Assembly: GCA_048939015.1 (NCBI GenBank)
Contig: JBHLPW010000002.1
Location: 88,743-152,742, forward strand
Origin: Promethearchaeota archaeon
Lineage (GTDB): Archaea > Asgardarchaeota > Lokiarchaeia > Sigyniarchaeales > SOKP01
Length of the DNA stretch: 64,000 nucleotides
Direction: 5' to 3'
The notes beneath the pieces were generated by a model. The model made no database searches. It saw only the letters and a program-made list of their open reading frames with translations, and was not told the origin of the DNA. Positions 8,250 to 19,219 of the stretch are shown piece after piece (position 1 is the stretch's first letter; each line of letters begins with the position of its first letter). Made by a program: the position numbers and the translations under genes.

Positions 8250-11015
8250 ATGACTGAATCTGATAAAAAAACAGCAGAGGATAAAATCACAGGAGCTGCC
8301 TCAATAGAGTTACTTAAAAAAGTAAATACTGCTGCAAATTATTGTTATAATTGTAATCGTTGTAATAATGTATGCCCAACAGCTTTTCTTGGCATTTTTT
8401 ACCCACGAAGCTTAATTACTGATTTGATTTTCGAAACTCCAGAAGTAGCTTTGAAAAACAACGATATATGGAAATGCCTTACATGCGGGCTATGTTCAAT
8501 TTACTGTCCAATGACAAAAGAAAAGACAGGAGTCAATTTTACTCAAATTATCAAGGATCTACGCTCTCTTGCTTCAGAGTATGAACCATTACAAGAAGGA
8601 TTATTAAGCTGTAATCATGAGAGAGTATATTCAAGTTTACCAAAACTAATGGCAGAGGATAAAATAAAATTTACCAACCGATTAGGATTTCTCGATGGAA
8701 CTAGATTAAAAGTAAAAGATAAAGGAGAAATTGGGTATTTTATGGGATGTGTTCCCTTCTTGACAGGAACAGCACCATGTGTTGTTGGATGCCCTGCAGG
8801 GGTTGATGTTCAAGGATATGTATCACTTATAGCAGAAGGAAAATATCAAGAAGCTCTCGATTTGATAAGAGAAACAAATCCATTACCATATTTATGTGGA
8901 AGAATTTGTACTGCTCAATGTGCCTTAAATTGCAATCGTCAGAATTTTGATGATCCTGTAGCGATACGTGAACTCAAACGGTTTGTATGTGATTGGGAAG
9001 CAGAACATCCTAATCAAAGTAAGATTAAACCAGTACCTCAAAATAAGGAAACGGTTGCAATTATCGGTGCTGGACCTGGTGGATTATCAGCCGCATATTT
9101 TCTCGCAAGAATGGGATATAAACCGACAATTTTTGAGAAAGGTGATAAAGCTGGAGGTGTAGTACGATATGGTGTTCCACAATACAGGCTTTCTGATGAA
9201 GCTCTTGATCATGATATTGACTTTATCAAGAATATGGGTGTAGAAATCGTTTTGAATAAAGAGTTCGGTCCAAATTTCACCTTAAAAGATATAAGGGATC
9301 AAGGTTTTAAAGCGGTTTTCATTGCTATAGGTTTATATGTACCCAAGACTCTGAGACTCGAAGGAGAAGATTTACCTAATGTGGATGTTGCACTTGATTT
9401 TCTTTTAGAACGAAAATATGGTTGTTCTGAAAATCCAGAAGAATTTAAAGGCAAAACTTTTGGTATCATTGGAGGGGGTGCTGTAGCTGTGGACGTCGGA
9501 GAAACAGTACTTCGATTGGGGGCTACTAAAGTTGATCTTGTTGATATTTTAACTGAAGAGGCTTTGAAAACTGTTCTTGATGACTTACATGAAGCTGAAA
9601 GAGAAGTCATGGAATATCATTTTAAAACTTCAACAGCTAAGATTACCCAAGAACCTGATGGTAAATTAGCATTAAATTGTTATAAAATTGAATGGGGTGA
9701 CCCAGATCCAGAAACAGGAAGAAGACCCTTAAATAAAATTGAAGATTCAGATTTTAAGATTGTTGTTGACAACATTGTTATTGCTATTGGTCAAGGACTT
9801 GATCCAGAACCATTAAATGCCGCTACTAATAATCAATTAAAAATTGAAAGAGGTAAAATTGTAGTAGATGACCTTACTTATGAAACTGGTATTCCAGGTG
9901 TTTTTGTTGGTGGTGATTTAATTTTTAATTCTTTAATGTGTGCCGTTGATGCTATAGGAAATGGAAGAGAAGCAGCATTCACAATAGATCGTTATCTCCG
10001 AGGTATTGATTTAAAAGAAGGAAGGATAAGAAAGAATGATTTAAAGCGATCGACAATACCCAAGAAATATATTCAAACACAATCATGTCAAGATATGAAT
10101 TTTATGCCAGGTAATGAAAGACTTGTATGCTTTGATGAAATGGAATTGGGTTTTACTGAAGAACAAGCAAAAAGAGAAGCAAATCGATGTTTAAACTGTA
10201 ATCTATGCTGTAATTCTGACCAAAAACCAGAAGATTTTGAAAAAGCACTAAATGATTCGGGAGTTATGATATGTGATTATGGAAGTCAAGATAACTGGAG
10301 TTCTATAAATGCTCCTAATTATTTAGAAATCCCAAAAAGCATAATTGGAATCTTAAACCAGAATGATATCACTCCAGTTGTATTGTCTGAAGAAAAATGT
10401 TGCGGTCACGACAGCATTTGGCGTGGTGATATTGAGAGCTTCAAAAAACTTGCTGAATATAACGTAAAACTATTTAAAGATGCAGGAGTTAAGACCCTAA
10501 TCTTTGGTTGTGCTGAAGGATATTATACTTGGAAATATGAATATAACAATTTATTTAAGGGAAAGGATGAATTCGATTTTGAGATTTATCACATTACTGA
10601 GTATATTTTAAAAGAAAACCTATTAGAAACTTTAACATTTCCCAAACTAATTGATAAAATTAAAGTGACTTACCATGACCCTTGTAGACTTGGACGAATG
10701 AGTAAAGTATTTGATGCTCCTCGTGAAGTGTTGAATCAAATACCATCCCTTGAGTTAGTTGAAATGGAAGATTCTAAAGAAGACGCAGAGTGTTGTGGAG
10801 TTAATGCATATATTTCATGCAACCAAGATTCAAAAAAATTACAGGAGAAAAAAATATTACAGGCAATCGAAACTGGGGCGGAATATCTTATTACTGCTTG
10901 CCCTAAATGTATAGCTCATTTGAATTGTTACCTAAACGAAAATAGAGAATTAAAAGATAAAATAAAGGTTATGGATTTCGTAAGTTTTCTCGGTAAATTA
11001 CTCTTTTTACTGTAA
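8250..11015 (+). CDS. Multidomain oxidoreductase: HdrC-like 2x[4Fe-4S], inserted GltD/NfnB-type FAD/NAD(P)H module, and HdrB/D-type CCG domains
   Basis: CYNCNRCNNVCP and WKCLTCGLCSIYCP; GYFMGC; APCVVGCPAG...CGRIC...C; GAGPGGL; GGGAVA; RCLNC; EEKCCGH; TYHDPCRLGR; ECCG; TACPKC. Confidence 0.85.
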   Translation: MTESDKKTAEDKITGAASIELLKKVNTAANYCYNCNRCNNVCPTAFLGIFYPRSLITDLIFETPEVALKNNDIWKCLTCGLCSIYCPMTKEKTGVNFTQIIKDLRSLASEYEPLQEGLLSCNHERVYSSLPKLMAEDKIKFTNRLGFLDGTRLKVKDKGEIGYFMGCVPFLTGTAPCVVGCPAGVDVQGYVSLIAEGKYQEALDLIRETNPLPYLCGRICTAQCALNCNRQNFDDPVAIRELKRFVCDWEAEHPNQSKIKPVPQNKETVAIIGAGPGGLSAAYFLARMGYKPTIFEKGDKAGGVVRYGVPQYRLSDEALDHDIDFIKNMGVEIVLNKEFGPNFTLKDIRDQGFKAVFIAIGLYVPKTLRLEGEDLPNVDVALDFLLERKYGCSENPEEFKGKTFGIIGGGAVAVDVGETVLRLGATKVDLVDILTEEALKTVLDDLHEAEREVMEYHFKTSTAKITQEPDGKLALNCYKIEWGDPDPETGRRPLNKIEDSDFKIVVDNIVIAIGQGLDPEPLNAATNNQLKIERGKIVVDDLTYETGIPGVFVGGDLIFNSLMCAVDAIGNGREAAFTIDRYLRGIDLKEGRIRKNDLKRSTIPKKYIQTQSCQDMNFMPGNERLVCFDEMELGFTEEQAKREANRCLNCNLCCNSDQKPEDFEKALNDSGVMICDYGSQDNWSSINAPNYLEIPKSIIGILNQNDITPVVLSEEKCCGHDSIWRGDIESFKKLAEYNVKLFKDAGVKTLIFGCAEGYYTWKYEYNNLFKGKDEFDFEIYHITEYILKENLLETLTFPKLIDKIKVTYHDPCRLGRMSKVFDAPREVLNQIPSLELVEMEDSKEDAECCGVNAYISCNQDSKKLQEKKILQAIETGAEYLITACPKCIAHLNCYLNENRELKDKIKVMDFVSFLGKLLFLL

Positions 11016-11135
11016 TTATTATATTCTTTCTCTATTTTAACTAAAATCCTTTATTCTCTAAGTTTTATATATAAACTTAAAAAGAATAATCTCTTACTAA
11101 AAAGTTAATGGGCAGTTTTCAATAAAATATGAATT

Positions 11136-12941
11136 TTGATAATTATGAGTGAAAAAGAAATTGCCTGGGATTTAAGTGAGATTTTTGCTGGTTGTGATGA
11201 TCCAAAAATTTCAGAATCAATGGATGCTCTTTTGAAAGATACGGATGAGATTGTCAAGGGTTATAGGGGCAAAATTAACACAAACAGTTTTTCTGCTCAA
11301 AATTTATTTAACCTTTTAAAAAAACAAGAAAAAATTCTTGCAGATATGGAAGAATTAAAGGTTTTTTCAGTCAATTTATTCAATGCAAATATGACAGTTC
11401 CAGAAACCGAAAATCTTTATAACAAATTTAAGGATTTTCATAGTACTATTTTGAAAAAATTAGCATTTCTAGAAATTGAAATTGGAAAACTTATCAATGA
11501 AAACCCACAGTTGATAGATGATGAGTCTCTTATTAATTACAAAAATTATCTTTTTAAAGTTAAAAGAAGATTTCCGTTCAAACTGTCAGTAAAAGAAGAA
11601 AAGTTAATTTTGGAAAAAGATCAGTACGGAGTTATCGCATGGGAGCAGTTAAGAGATTCTTGGATAAGTAGTAGAAAATTTAAAGTCATCGTAGAAGGGG
11701 AAGAAAAAATAATATCGTTTAGTGATTTCATGCCATTGGCGATGCATCCTGATAGGGAAACAAGATTGTCCGTATTTAAATCAGTCTCTGATTTGCTAGG
11801 AAAAGATGAAAGCATAATATCCTCTGCATTACGAAATATATGCAGTGATTGGGTGAAAATGGTGAATCTTAGAAATTATAACAGCCATATGCATCAAAGT
11901 CTTATAGATTTTAATACAAAACAGAATATAATCGACAATTTGATGAAGACAATAGAAGAAAATATACATATATATCATCGATTCCTAAAAATTAAAGCTA
12001 AACTCTTAAATCTTCCAAAATTGCATGGTGCTGACATCTGGGGAAGACTTCCATTTAAAAAAAAATATACTTGGGAAGAAACAAAAGAACTTACTATTCG
12101 ATTATTCAGTAATTTCGATAAAGAATTTGGAGAAATTGTCTCAGATATCTTTGAAAGACACCATATTGACGCTAGTACAAGAGAAGGTAAATCCGGAGGA
12201 GCCTACTGTTCACCATGGTTTAATGGAAGAACAGTATTTATTCTTACGTCATTCAAAGGCTTAATAAATGACGTTCTTCCTCTCGCTCATGAATTAGGGC
12301 ACGGAATTCATTGCTATTTATCTTCTCGTGAGCAAACATTTATAAATTATATTGCTGAAAAATTATTAGCAGAATCAGCTTCAAATTTTGGAGAGTTATT
12401 ATTAGCAGAACATTTACTCAAATTTGCAGAATCATCTAAAGATAAAATAACAATTTTAACTAATGAATTAACAGGAACTGGAAGTGTATTATTCTATGTG
12501 AGTGCAAGAATGTGGTTTGAGCAGAGTCTTTATGATGCTATTCAGAAAGGTGAATTCTTAGATGGGAATACTATCTCAGAATATTGGTGTTCTGCAAGAG
12601 ATAAAATATTTGGAGATTCTGTTGATTGGTTTGATGAGATGAAATGGCTGTGGATGACGACACCTCATTATTTTTTTTCCGATACTCGTTTTTATAACTA
12701 CCCTTACGTATATGGTAAGCTTTTTGTTTATGCATTATACAAGAGTTATAAAAATGAAGGTGAATCATTCATTCCTAAATTTAAAAAGCTATTAAGTTTA
12801 GGAGACAGTTTATCTCCTGAAGAGCTAGGAAAAATTGTAGGTATGGATGTAACAAAACCTGACTTTTGGCAACTTGGGATAAAACAATTTGAGGAATTTG
12901 TAGAGGAGCTAGAAAAACTCATAGAATTACCAGGCGAATGA
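11136..12941 (+). CDS. pepF: Oligoendopeptidase F (peptidase M3B)
   Basis: WDLSEIF N-terminus, GKSGGAYC, zinc motif HELGH, AESAS, HYF...FYNYPY; ends in TGA. The true start may be the ATG at 11145. Confidence 0.88.
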   Translation: MIIMSEKEIAWDLSEIFAGCDDPKISESMDALLKDTDEIVKGYRGKINTNSFSAQNLFNLLKKQEKILADMEELKVFSVNLFNANMTVPETENLYNKFKDFHSTILKKLAFLEIEIGKLINENPQLIDDESLINYKNYLFKVKRRFPFKLSVKEEKLILEKDQYGVIAWEQLRDSWISSRKFKVIVEGEEKIISFSDFMPLAMHPDRETRLSVFKSVSDLLGKDESIISSALRNICSDWVKMVNLRNYNSHMHQSLIDFNTKQNIIDNLMKTIEENIHIYHRFLKIKAKLLNLPKLHGADIWGRLPFKKKYTWEETKELTIRLFSNFDKEFGEIVSDIFERHHIDASTREGKSGGAYCSPWFNGRTVFILTSFKGLINDVLPLAHELGHGIHCYLSSREQTFINYIAEKLLAESASNFGELLLAEHLLKFAESSKDKITILTNELTGTGSVLFYVSARMWFEQSLYDAIQKGEFLDGNTISEYWCSARDKIFGDSVDWFDEMKWLWMTTPHYFFSDTRFYNYPYVYGKLFVYALYKSYKNEGESFIPKFKKLLSLGDSLSPEELGKIVGMDVTKPDFWQLGIKQFEEFVEELEKLIELPGE

Positions 12942-13109
12942 AGCTAACTAAAATAAGGTTTAAATATTCAATTAGTGGTAAATTGAAGTTTTTGGTGGTA
13001 GTTTTAAATTTTAAAGAGTAAAAACAACCAATACTCTTTTTAAATGTTTTTATTCTAATTGATATAATAGATTATATAAATCTCAATTCACTTCTGGTGA
13101 AAAGATAAA

Positions 13110-15707
13110 TTGAAAATAAATACCAAAATTAAAATTCTAATTGTATGTTTAGTAGAATTTCTGTTTATATTGCCTGTTTTTTTCAGCTCAACTTATTTAT
13201 CTACAAAACCAAATGAAAAATTTGTCATAAATAATGGATTAAACACTTCAGGCTCTATGGGTTTGATATTGCAAAATAATTATATTTATGATTACCCTAA
13301 CACTCAATCAGAATGGTGGGGCAATGCTGAGGCAGTAATGAATCCTTCAAATCAAATTGTAGATGGGTTTTTTGTCAGCCGTTCTGCCGGAGATTATTAT
13401 TCAAACCAAAAAAGAGGTTTACTAATTAGATTCGATGTCAATGGAACTGTAGAATGGCTAAGAACAACTAAAAACTCAACATACATAGCAGCTATGGTTG
13501 CCGCTTTGCCTAATGAAACAAGCGTTTTGGGAGCCTATCATTATAATTATGAGAATATTGATTATTTCAGCTTCGATAAAGATGGGAATTCAATCTACAA
13601 CTGGACATATGATCCATTGGAAAATATAACATTAGTATCTATGAAATGGTCTAATGGATTGTGGGCAGTAGGTGATATTGAAACACCCACTAAAGGGATT
13701 TTCATAAGAAAAATGGAGTATACTAATGGATCCACATTAGCTTCAAATATTTGGAATTTAGGGGTGGATACACATGTCGTGGGTATCTGTTCTGATAACA
13801 GTGGCGGTTTATTTATTACTGGTTGGATTTTAAATAATTCTAAACATCAATTATTCATTGCACACTCAAATTCATCAGGTAATATAGTGAGTTCAAATAT
13901 AATTTATGATGATCTTCTTAATGTTAGAGGAGTAGCATGTACCTATAATGGAACTCAAGTTTACGTTGTTGGAATGTATCAAAATGGAATATCTGAAGAC
14001 AAATATAATACTTATTTATGGTCTTTCAATAGCACTTGTAGCCTAATAGGGTCAGTTTTGCTTACCTCTGAAGCAAAATATGGGATAGGATATTATTCTA
14101 AAGGTGAAGATACAAGTTGGATTTATTTTAACTATGATATTAAAATTTTGAATTCAAGTACCAATTATTTAATAATATCTGATGTGATAGAGAAAGACTA
14201 TGCCAATACAATGATCCATCTTTTAGATTCTTCCCTAAATGAAATTGATTATTTTGAATACAAATCTGATACAGAATCCGTGAGCTATCATGATTCTTGC
14301 GGAAAAATAGTCATTACTGAGTATTGGAGCTTATTTTCTATAATGTTTAGTTCTGTAACCTATTCTGATCATCCCTATATTCGGATGGTAGAATATTCAC
14401 TTGACATTGTTGATAAACCGATTAATATAATTGGAGATGCTGCTGGTATCGATGCTCATAATTGGACATGGGCAGTTTCCCAAGATTGGTGCAATGGGTC
14501 AGGTACTTCTTCTGATCCTTATATAATAGAAGACTTACTGATAGATGGCAGAGGAATGGGGAGTTGTATTCTAATTGTCAATTCGAGTGTGCACTTTAAG
14601 ATTGAAAATTGTACTCTTTATAATACAGGGGGAAGTTGGGATGATGTGGGAATTTATCTCGAAAATGTTCAAAATGGACAAGTAGTTGAAAATATTATTT
14701 ATGACGCTTCTAATGGTATACTCTTGGAACATAGTAATTATAACAATATTATTGGAAATTCCATTAGTCAGAATCGACTCGATGGCATAAGAATAGACAA
14801 TAGTGATCATAACTATATTTTTGGAAATACAGTGTCCAACAATGGTGAACAGGGAATTCATCTATACTTTAGTGATTATAATACTATTTCTGAAAACACT
14901 GCAAATTCCAATTCTCATGGGATCCATTTATACTATAGTAACTATAATGATATCACAGAAAACAACCTAAGGTATAATTCTATTGGTATTTATCGATATT
15001 ATGGTAATGGTAACAATATTTCAAATAATAATTTTATCGGTAATGGAGAGAATATTAGCGAAATTCCAAATTATGATTGGGATTGGGATTGGGATGACTG
15101 GGATCCCTGGCCTGATGATGATCCATATAACCCATTAGCTGCTATTGCTGGTTTTGCTTTTTTTGTTATAATCATAATAGTTGCTATTGCAGTGAAAGCA
15201 AGTGGAAGGACTTCTCAAAGAAATGTAGAAAATCTATCATATTTGAAAAAATATAAAACTTCAAGGACCATACCCCAAGTTAAAGTAAAAGAAGTTAGTT
15301 CACAACCTTCCTTAATTAAAAAAGAAGTAGAATTAATTAAAAATTGTCCTTATTGTGATCAGGAACTTTATTTAGACGCAAAATTCTGTAGGAAATGTGG
15401 TAAAAGACTCGAAAAAGAACCAATAGGTTCTCAAAAAACACCTTTAGAAGTTCCATTAGCCCCCCGAATTCCAGAAAAAGAAGATGCTAAAATAATTCCA
15501 TTAATTCCTCCAATAGAATATGAAAAACTACACAGCAAAAAAATAGAGTCTTCACCAAAAATTGAAAAACAACCTGCTCAGTCTGCTTTTGATACAGAGC
15601 AAGAGAAAATTATAGTAAAACCTCATTTTTGTGAGTTCTGTGGAATGGAATTAAATAAGGATGCAGTATTTTGTCCCCAGTGTGGTACTAAGATAAAAAA
15701 AAAGTAA
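13110..15707 (+). CDS. Membrane-anchored surface protein: N-terminal signal/TM, beta-rich domain, NosD-type parallel beta-helix repeats, TM helix, two cytoplasmic zinc ribbons
   Basis: Hydrophobic N-terminus; 'GSGTSSDPYIIE' followed by repeated GI.L..S.YN.I..N; TM LAAIAGFAFFVIIIIVAIAV; CPYC..FCRKCG and CEFCG..FCPQCG. Confidence 0.8.
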   Translation: MKINTKIKILIVCLVEFLFILPVFFSSTYLSTKPNEKFVINNGLNTSGSMGLILQNNYIYDYPNTQSEWWGNAEAVMNPSNQIVDGFFVSRSAGDYYSNQKRGLLIRFDVNGTVEWLRTTKNSTYIAAMVAALPNETSVLGAYHYNYENIDYFSFDKDGNSIYNWTYDPLENITLVSMKWSNGLWAVGDIETPTKGIFIRKMEYTNGSTLASNIWNLGVDTHVVGICSDNSGGLFITGWILNNSKHQLFIAHSNSSGNIVSSNIIYDDLLNVRGVACTYNGTQVYVVGMYQNGISEDKYNTYLWSFNSTCSLIGSVLLTSEAKYGIGYYSKGEDTSWIYFNYDIKILNSSTNYLIISDVIEKDYANTMIHLLDSSLNEIDYFEYKSDTESVSYHDSCGKIVITEYWSLFSIMFSSVTYSDHPYIRMVEYSLDIVDKPINIIGDAAGIDAHNWTWAVSQDWCNGSGTSSDPYIIEDLLIDGRGMGSCILIVNSSVHFKIENCTLYNTGGSWDDVGIYLENVQNGQVVENIIYDASNGILLEHSNYNNIIGNSISQNRLDGIRIDNSDHNYIFGNTVSNNGEQGIHLYFSDYNTISENTANSNSHGIHLYYSNYNDITENNLRYNSIGIYRYYGNGNNISNNNFIGNGENISEIPNYDWDWDWDDWDPWPDDDPYNPLAAIAGFAFFVIIIIVAIAVKASGRTSQRNVENLSYLKKYKTSRTIPQVKVKEVSSQPSLIKKEVELIKNCPYCDQELYLDAKFCRKCGKRLEKEPIGSQKTPLEVPLAPRIPEKEDAKIIPLIPPIEYEKLHSKKIESSPKIEKQPAQSAFDTEQEKIIVKPHFCEFCGMELNKDAVFCPQCGTKIKKK
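15075..15110 (+). repeat. Coding microsatellite (GATTGG)x3 plus degenerate copies encoding DWDWDWDDWDPW
   Basis: Read directly: gattgg gattgg gattgg gat gactgg gatccctgg, just upstream of the TM helix. Confidence 0.85.
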
Positions 15708-15849
15708 TCCGCAAAAACTCACAATAATTTTATTATTTAATCCTGCGAACTTTTAAATAATTTTAAGTTAGAGAGTTTTAGTCTTTTATTAATTGTTAAT
15801 TCATAAAGTTTTAGTTCTTATAATTTTTAATCCAAATTAAGTGATTTAA

Positions 15850-16380
15850 ATGAAAATATTGGTTGCTTATTTCTCAAACACAGGAAATACTGAAAAAGTA
15901 GCAAAAGCCATAAAAGAAGGAATAACTGAACATGAAGTGGATCTCTTAAATATAAAAAAAGCTGATCCAAATTCAATGGGCCCATACGATCTTGCTTTCA
16001 TAGGTTCAGGTCTCTATGCATTTAATGTTAATCGGAAAGTTCCAACTTTTCTTAAAAAAATTCCTTCACCTCCCCCTAAGTTCGCATATTTCTATACACA
16101 TGAAAATCCTCAACAAGGAGCATATCCAGACTGTTTTAAATCGGTGAATACAATTATAGAGAAAAGTGATTGTGAAGTATTGGGTACTTTCGATTGTTGT
16201 GGAGAAAATTTAGTCGAAAAGGCAAAAGAACAAAGAGAAGCTATGATGAGTAGATTATCACCAGAAGAAAGAAAGAAATCTGAGGAGGATTGGTTAAATT
16301 TGGTTAAGGGACATCCTGACGTGCAAGATCTTGAGAATGCTAAGATTTTTGCCGCCTCTATAGTAAATAAACTTACCTAA
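15850..16380 (+). CDS. Flavodoxin family protein
   Basis: FMN-binding loop YFSNTGNTEKVAKAI; FIGSG. Confidence 0.85.
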   Translation: MKILVAYFSNTGNTEKVAKAIKEGITEHEVDLLNIKKADPNSMGPYDLAFIGSGLYAFNVNRKVPTFLKKIPSPPPKFAYFYTHENPQQGAYPDCFKSVNTIIEKSDCEVLGTFDCCGENLVEKAKEQREAMMSRLSPEERKKSEEDWLNLVKGHPDVQDLENAKIFAASIVNKLT

Positions 16381-16606
16381 TATTCTTTTTTTTTATCATT
16401 TTAATAGGCTTAGAAAGTCTCGGATCTTTTTTTAAAAGCCTTTTTACAGATTTGTTAAATTTATTACTTTCTTTTTTCAAAAAATCATTTCTGAGATCAC
16501 TCATTTTATAGAGAGAGATTTTTAAGATTAACAAATAACCTTTAAAATTTTGATAATTTATTTTTAATATCTACAATCTATTCAAAATATAAATAAACAA
16601 CTAGTT

Positions 16607-18541
16607 GTGAAAAACATGAGTAAAATTAAGGAAATACCTGTTCCTGATAAAGTTAAAGGTTTTACACAAGTTCGGCTCGATGTTGATTTAACAGATGGAA
16701 AGATCAGCAAATCTACGCTATCCAATGAATTTTGTCGAGATTGGGTAGGAGGTTATGGTTTCGGTGCTAAAGTTCTTTGGGATGAATGTCCTACAGGAGT
16801 CGATCCTTTAAGTCCTGAAAACGTATTTGTATATGCTCACGGTCCATTTCCAGGAACAATACTTCCTACAAGTTCCAAATATGGTGTATTTGCGAAGTCT
16901 CCATTGACAGGAATGTTTGGTATGGCAATATCTTCTGGGTCAGTTGGAGCTCAAGCTCGACGTGCCGGAATAAATATGATCGTAGTCAAGGGTAAAGCTC
17001 CAGAGCCCGTTTATATGGTAGTTGATGATGATGATTATTATTTAGTACCATGTAAAGATACAATATGGGGTAAAGGTTGCTGGGAAACAGAGGAACTTTT
17101 AAGGGAAGAATTTCAAGATCAACGACTTGGGATAATGAGCATTGGTCCTGGAGGTGAACGTGGTAGTCATATGGGATGTATCACCAATGATCGCAATAGA
17201 CAAGCTGGGAGAACTGGAATGGGTGCTGTTATGGGTTCAAAAAATCTTAAGGCAATATGTTTTAGAGGAACCAAAGGGATAAGTGTAGCTCACCCTGTTG
17301 AGTTCTTTAAATTAGCTAAAAAGCTAATTAAAGTCGCAAATGGACCTGCTACCGCTAAATATCGTGATTTAGGTACCCCTGCTGGAATAACAAGTTATAA
17401 TAAGCTTGGAATGATGCCTACTTTCAATCATCGTGAAGGTACTTGGGATAAAGTTGATGATGGAACCTTTACAGGGGATACACTCAATCAAGATTGGGTT
17501 GTAAAGAAGGTAGCATGTTCTCAATGCTCAATTGGATGTGATCATATTACTAAAGTACCAAAAGATCATCCTCATTGGCCAAATCTTTATTCAAGTATAG
17601 ACCAAGAATTATGTTATAGTTTTGGAAGCGCATGTGGAAATTATGATTGGCCATCAGTGTTCAAATGCGTATCATTAACAGATGATTTGGGCATAGATGC
17701 GATAAGTGGCGGAGTTACTGCAGCTATGGCATGCGAATTATTCGAGGAGGGTATAATTACTAAAGAAGATTTAGGATATGAGCTTCCTTTTGGGTCAACA
17801 GTAAATCTTGTTAGATTTACTGAAGAGATGATTCTTGGTAAAGGTTTTGCAGGGAAAATTTTTGGAGATGGGACACGAGAGGCTGGAAAACGATTAGAGG
17901 AAATGGGTAGAAAAAATGCAAGTTATTATGGTATGCATATTAAAGGATTAGAAATACCCGCTTTTGATGTTCATGGCATGAATTCATTCGCAGTTGGAAT
18001 GAGTGTATCAATTCGCGGTGCGTGTCATTTAAGAAATGGTTCTTATGGTCTTGATGCTAAAGGGAATTTTGATAGATTCGCTTATGACAAACCTCTTGAA
18101 AGAGGTAAAGCAATCAAAAATTTAGAGGATATCTATGCTATAATTGATTCATATATTGTATGTAAATTTACTCGCGGTATATATGAAAATGATGCAGAAA
18201 TGGCTAAAGTATTTGAATTAGTTACAGGAATCCCCGTAACTGATGAATTCATACAACATAGAGGAGATGCAATTCTTAACCTCTCAAAATGCTTTAACAT
18301 AAGAGAAGGATGGACAAGAGATGATGACAGACCCCCTGAAAGATTTTTCAAACAAGCTCATACAAAGGGACCAGCAAAAGGAGTTACCTTAAAAGAAGAC
18401 GGTTATCAAAAGCTTTTGAGTGGTTATTATGAAGCACGAGGTTGGGATACTAAAACTGGAATTCCAACTGATGAAACATTAAAGTCGCTTGGATTAGATT
18501 TTGTAATCGGTAAATTAAAGCCTGCTGGAGGTAAAAAATAG
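16607..18541 (+). CDS. aor: Tungsten-dependent aldehyde:ferredoxin oxidoreductase family protein
   Basis: KSPLTG, SIGPGGE, GRTGMGAVMGSKNLKAI, CSQCSIGC, DDLGIDAIS, RGACHLR, YYEARGWD. The start may be the ATG at 16616. Confidence 0.92.
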   Translation: MKNMSKIKEIPVPDKVKGFTQVRLDVDLTDGKISKSTLSNEFCRDWVGGYGFGAKVLWDECPTGVDPLSPENVFVYAHGPFPGTILPTSSKYGVFAKSPLTGMFGMAISSGSVGAQARRAGINMIVVKGKAPEPVYMVVDDDDYYLVPCKDTIWGKGCWETEELLREEFQDQRLGIMSIGPGGERGSHMGCITNDRNRQAGRTGMGAVMGSKNLKAICFRGTKGISVAHPVEFFKLAKKLIKVANGPATAKYRDLGTPAGITSYNKLGMMPTFNHREGTWDKVDDGTFTGDTLNQDWVVKKVACSQCSIGCDHITKVPKDHPHWPNLYSSIDQELCYSFGSACGNYDWPSVFKCVSLTDDLGIDAISGGVTAAMACELFEEGIITKEDLGYELPFGSTVNLVRFTEEMILGKGFAGKIFGDGTREAGKRLEEMGRKNASYYGMHIKGLEIPAFDVHGMNSFAVGMSVSIRGACHLRNGSYGLDAKGNFDRFAYDKPLERGKAIKNLEDIYAIIDSYIVCKFTRGIYENDAEMAKVFELVTGIPVTDEFIQHRGDAILNLSKCFNIREGWTRDDDRPPERFFKQAHTKGPAKGVTLKEDGYQKLLSGYYEARGWDTKTGIPTDETLKSLGLDFVIGKLKPAGGKK

Positions 18542-19096
18542 ATGTCAAAAGCTACTAAGAAGAGAGGTGGAGTAGTTCACCAATTCATAATTGTCGATCC
18601 GAATTTATGTACTGGATGTGAAACCTGCGAATCAGTCTGCTCATTTGTCCATGATGGTGAATTTAATCCAATTAACACGAGAATTCACAGAGTAAGGATT
18701 GAACCTATATTAAATGTTGCACTAGCATGTCAAAAGTGTGATGATGCTCCATGTGTTCGAAGTTGTCCTGAAAAGGCTTTGGAACAAAATAAAGAAACGG
18801 GTTCCATTATCGTTGATGATGATAAATGTAATGGATGCGCTTTTTGTATCCGCGCATGTGATTTCGGTGTATTAAGTTTACATATACAATCTCAGAAGGC
18901 TCTAATTTGTGATCTTTGCGAGACCATGAAAGATGATTATATTGATTCCGAACGAGGAGAAAAATACCCCGCTTGTATTGATGTTTGTCCAAAGGAAGCT
19001 ATCTCACTAAAAGATGTAGAACAAATCGGTGAAGAGAAGCGAATTGATGCTGTAAAACGACTCTTCGGTGAGATTTTAGAGGAAACTAAAGCTTAA
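18542..19096 (+). CDS. 4Fe-4S dicluster electron-transfer subunit (AorA/DmsB-like), abutting aor
   Basis: CTGCETCESVC, CQKCDDAPCVRSCP, CNGCAFCIRAC, CDLC...PACIDVCP; starts on the base after the aor stop. Confidence 0.9.
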   Translation: MSKATKKRGGVVHQFIIVDPNLCTGCETCESVCSFVHDGEFNPINTRIHRVRIEPILNVALACQKCDDAPCVRSCPEKALEQNKETGSIIVDDDKCNGCAFCIRACDFGVLSLHIQSQKALICDLCETMKDDYIDSERGEKYPACIDVCPKEAISLKDVEQIGEEKRIDAVKRLFGEILEETKA

Positions 19097-19219
19097 AACA
19101 ATTTTTTTAAATTTCTTTTATTTTTATAAGTACTTTTTTATAAGTTCTTGAAGCGAGTAAATAAAATATTAAGAATATTCCTTTATTTATAGTGAAGGAT
19201 TAAATATTCCTTCAATTAA

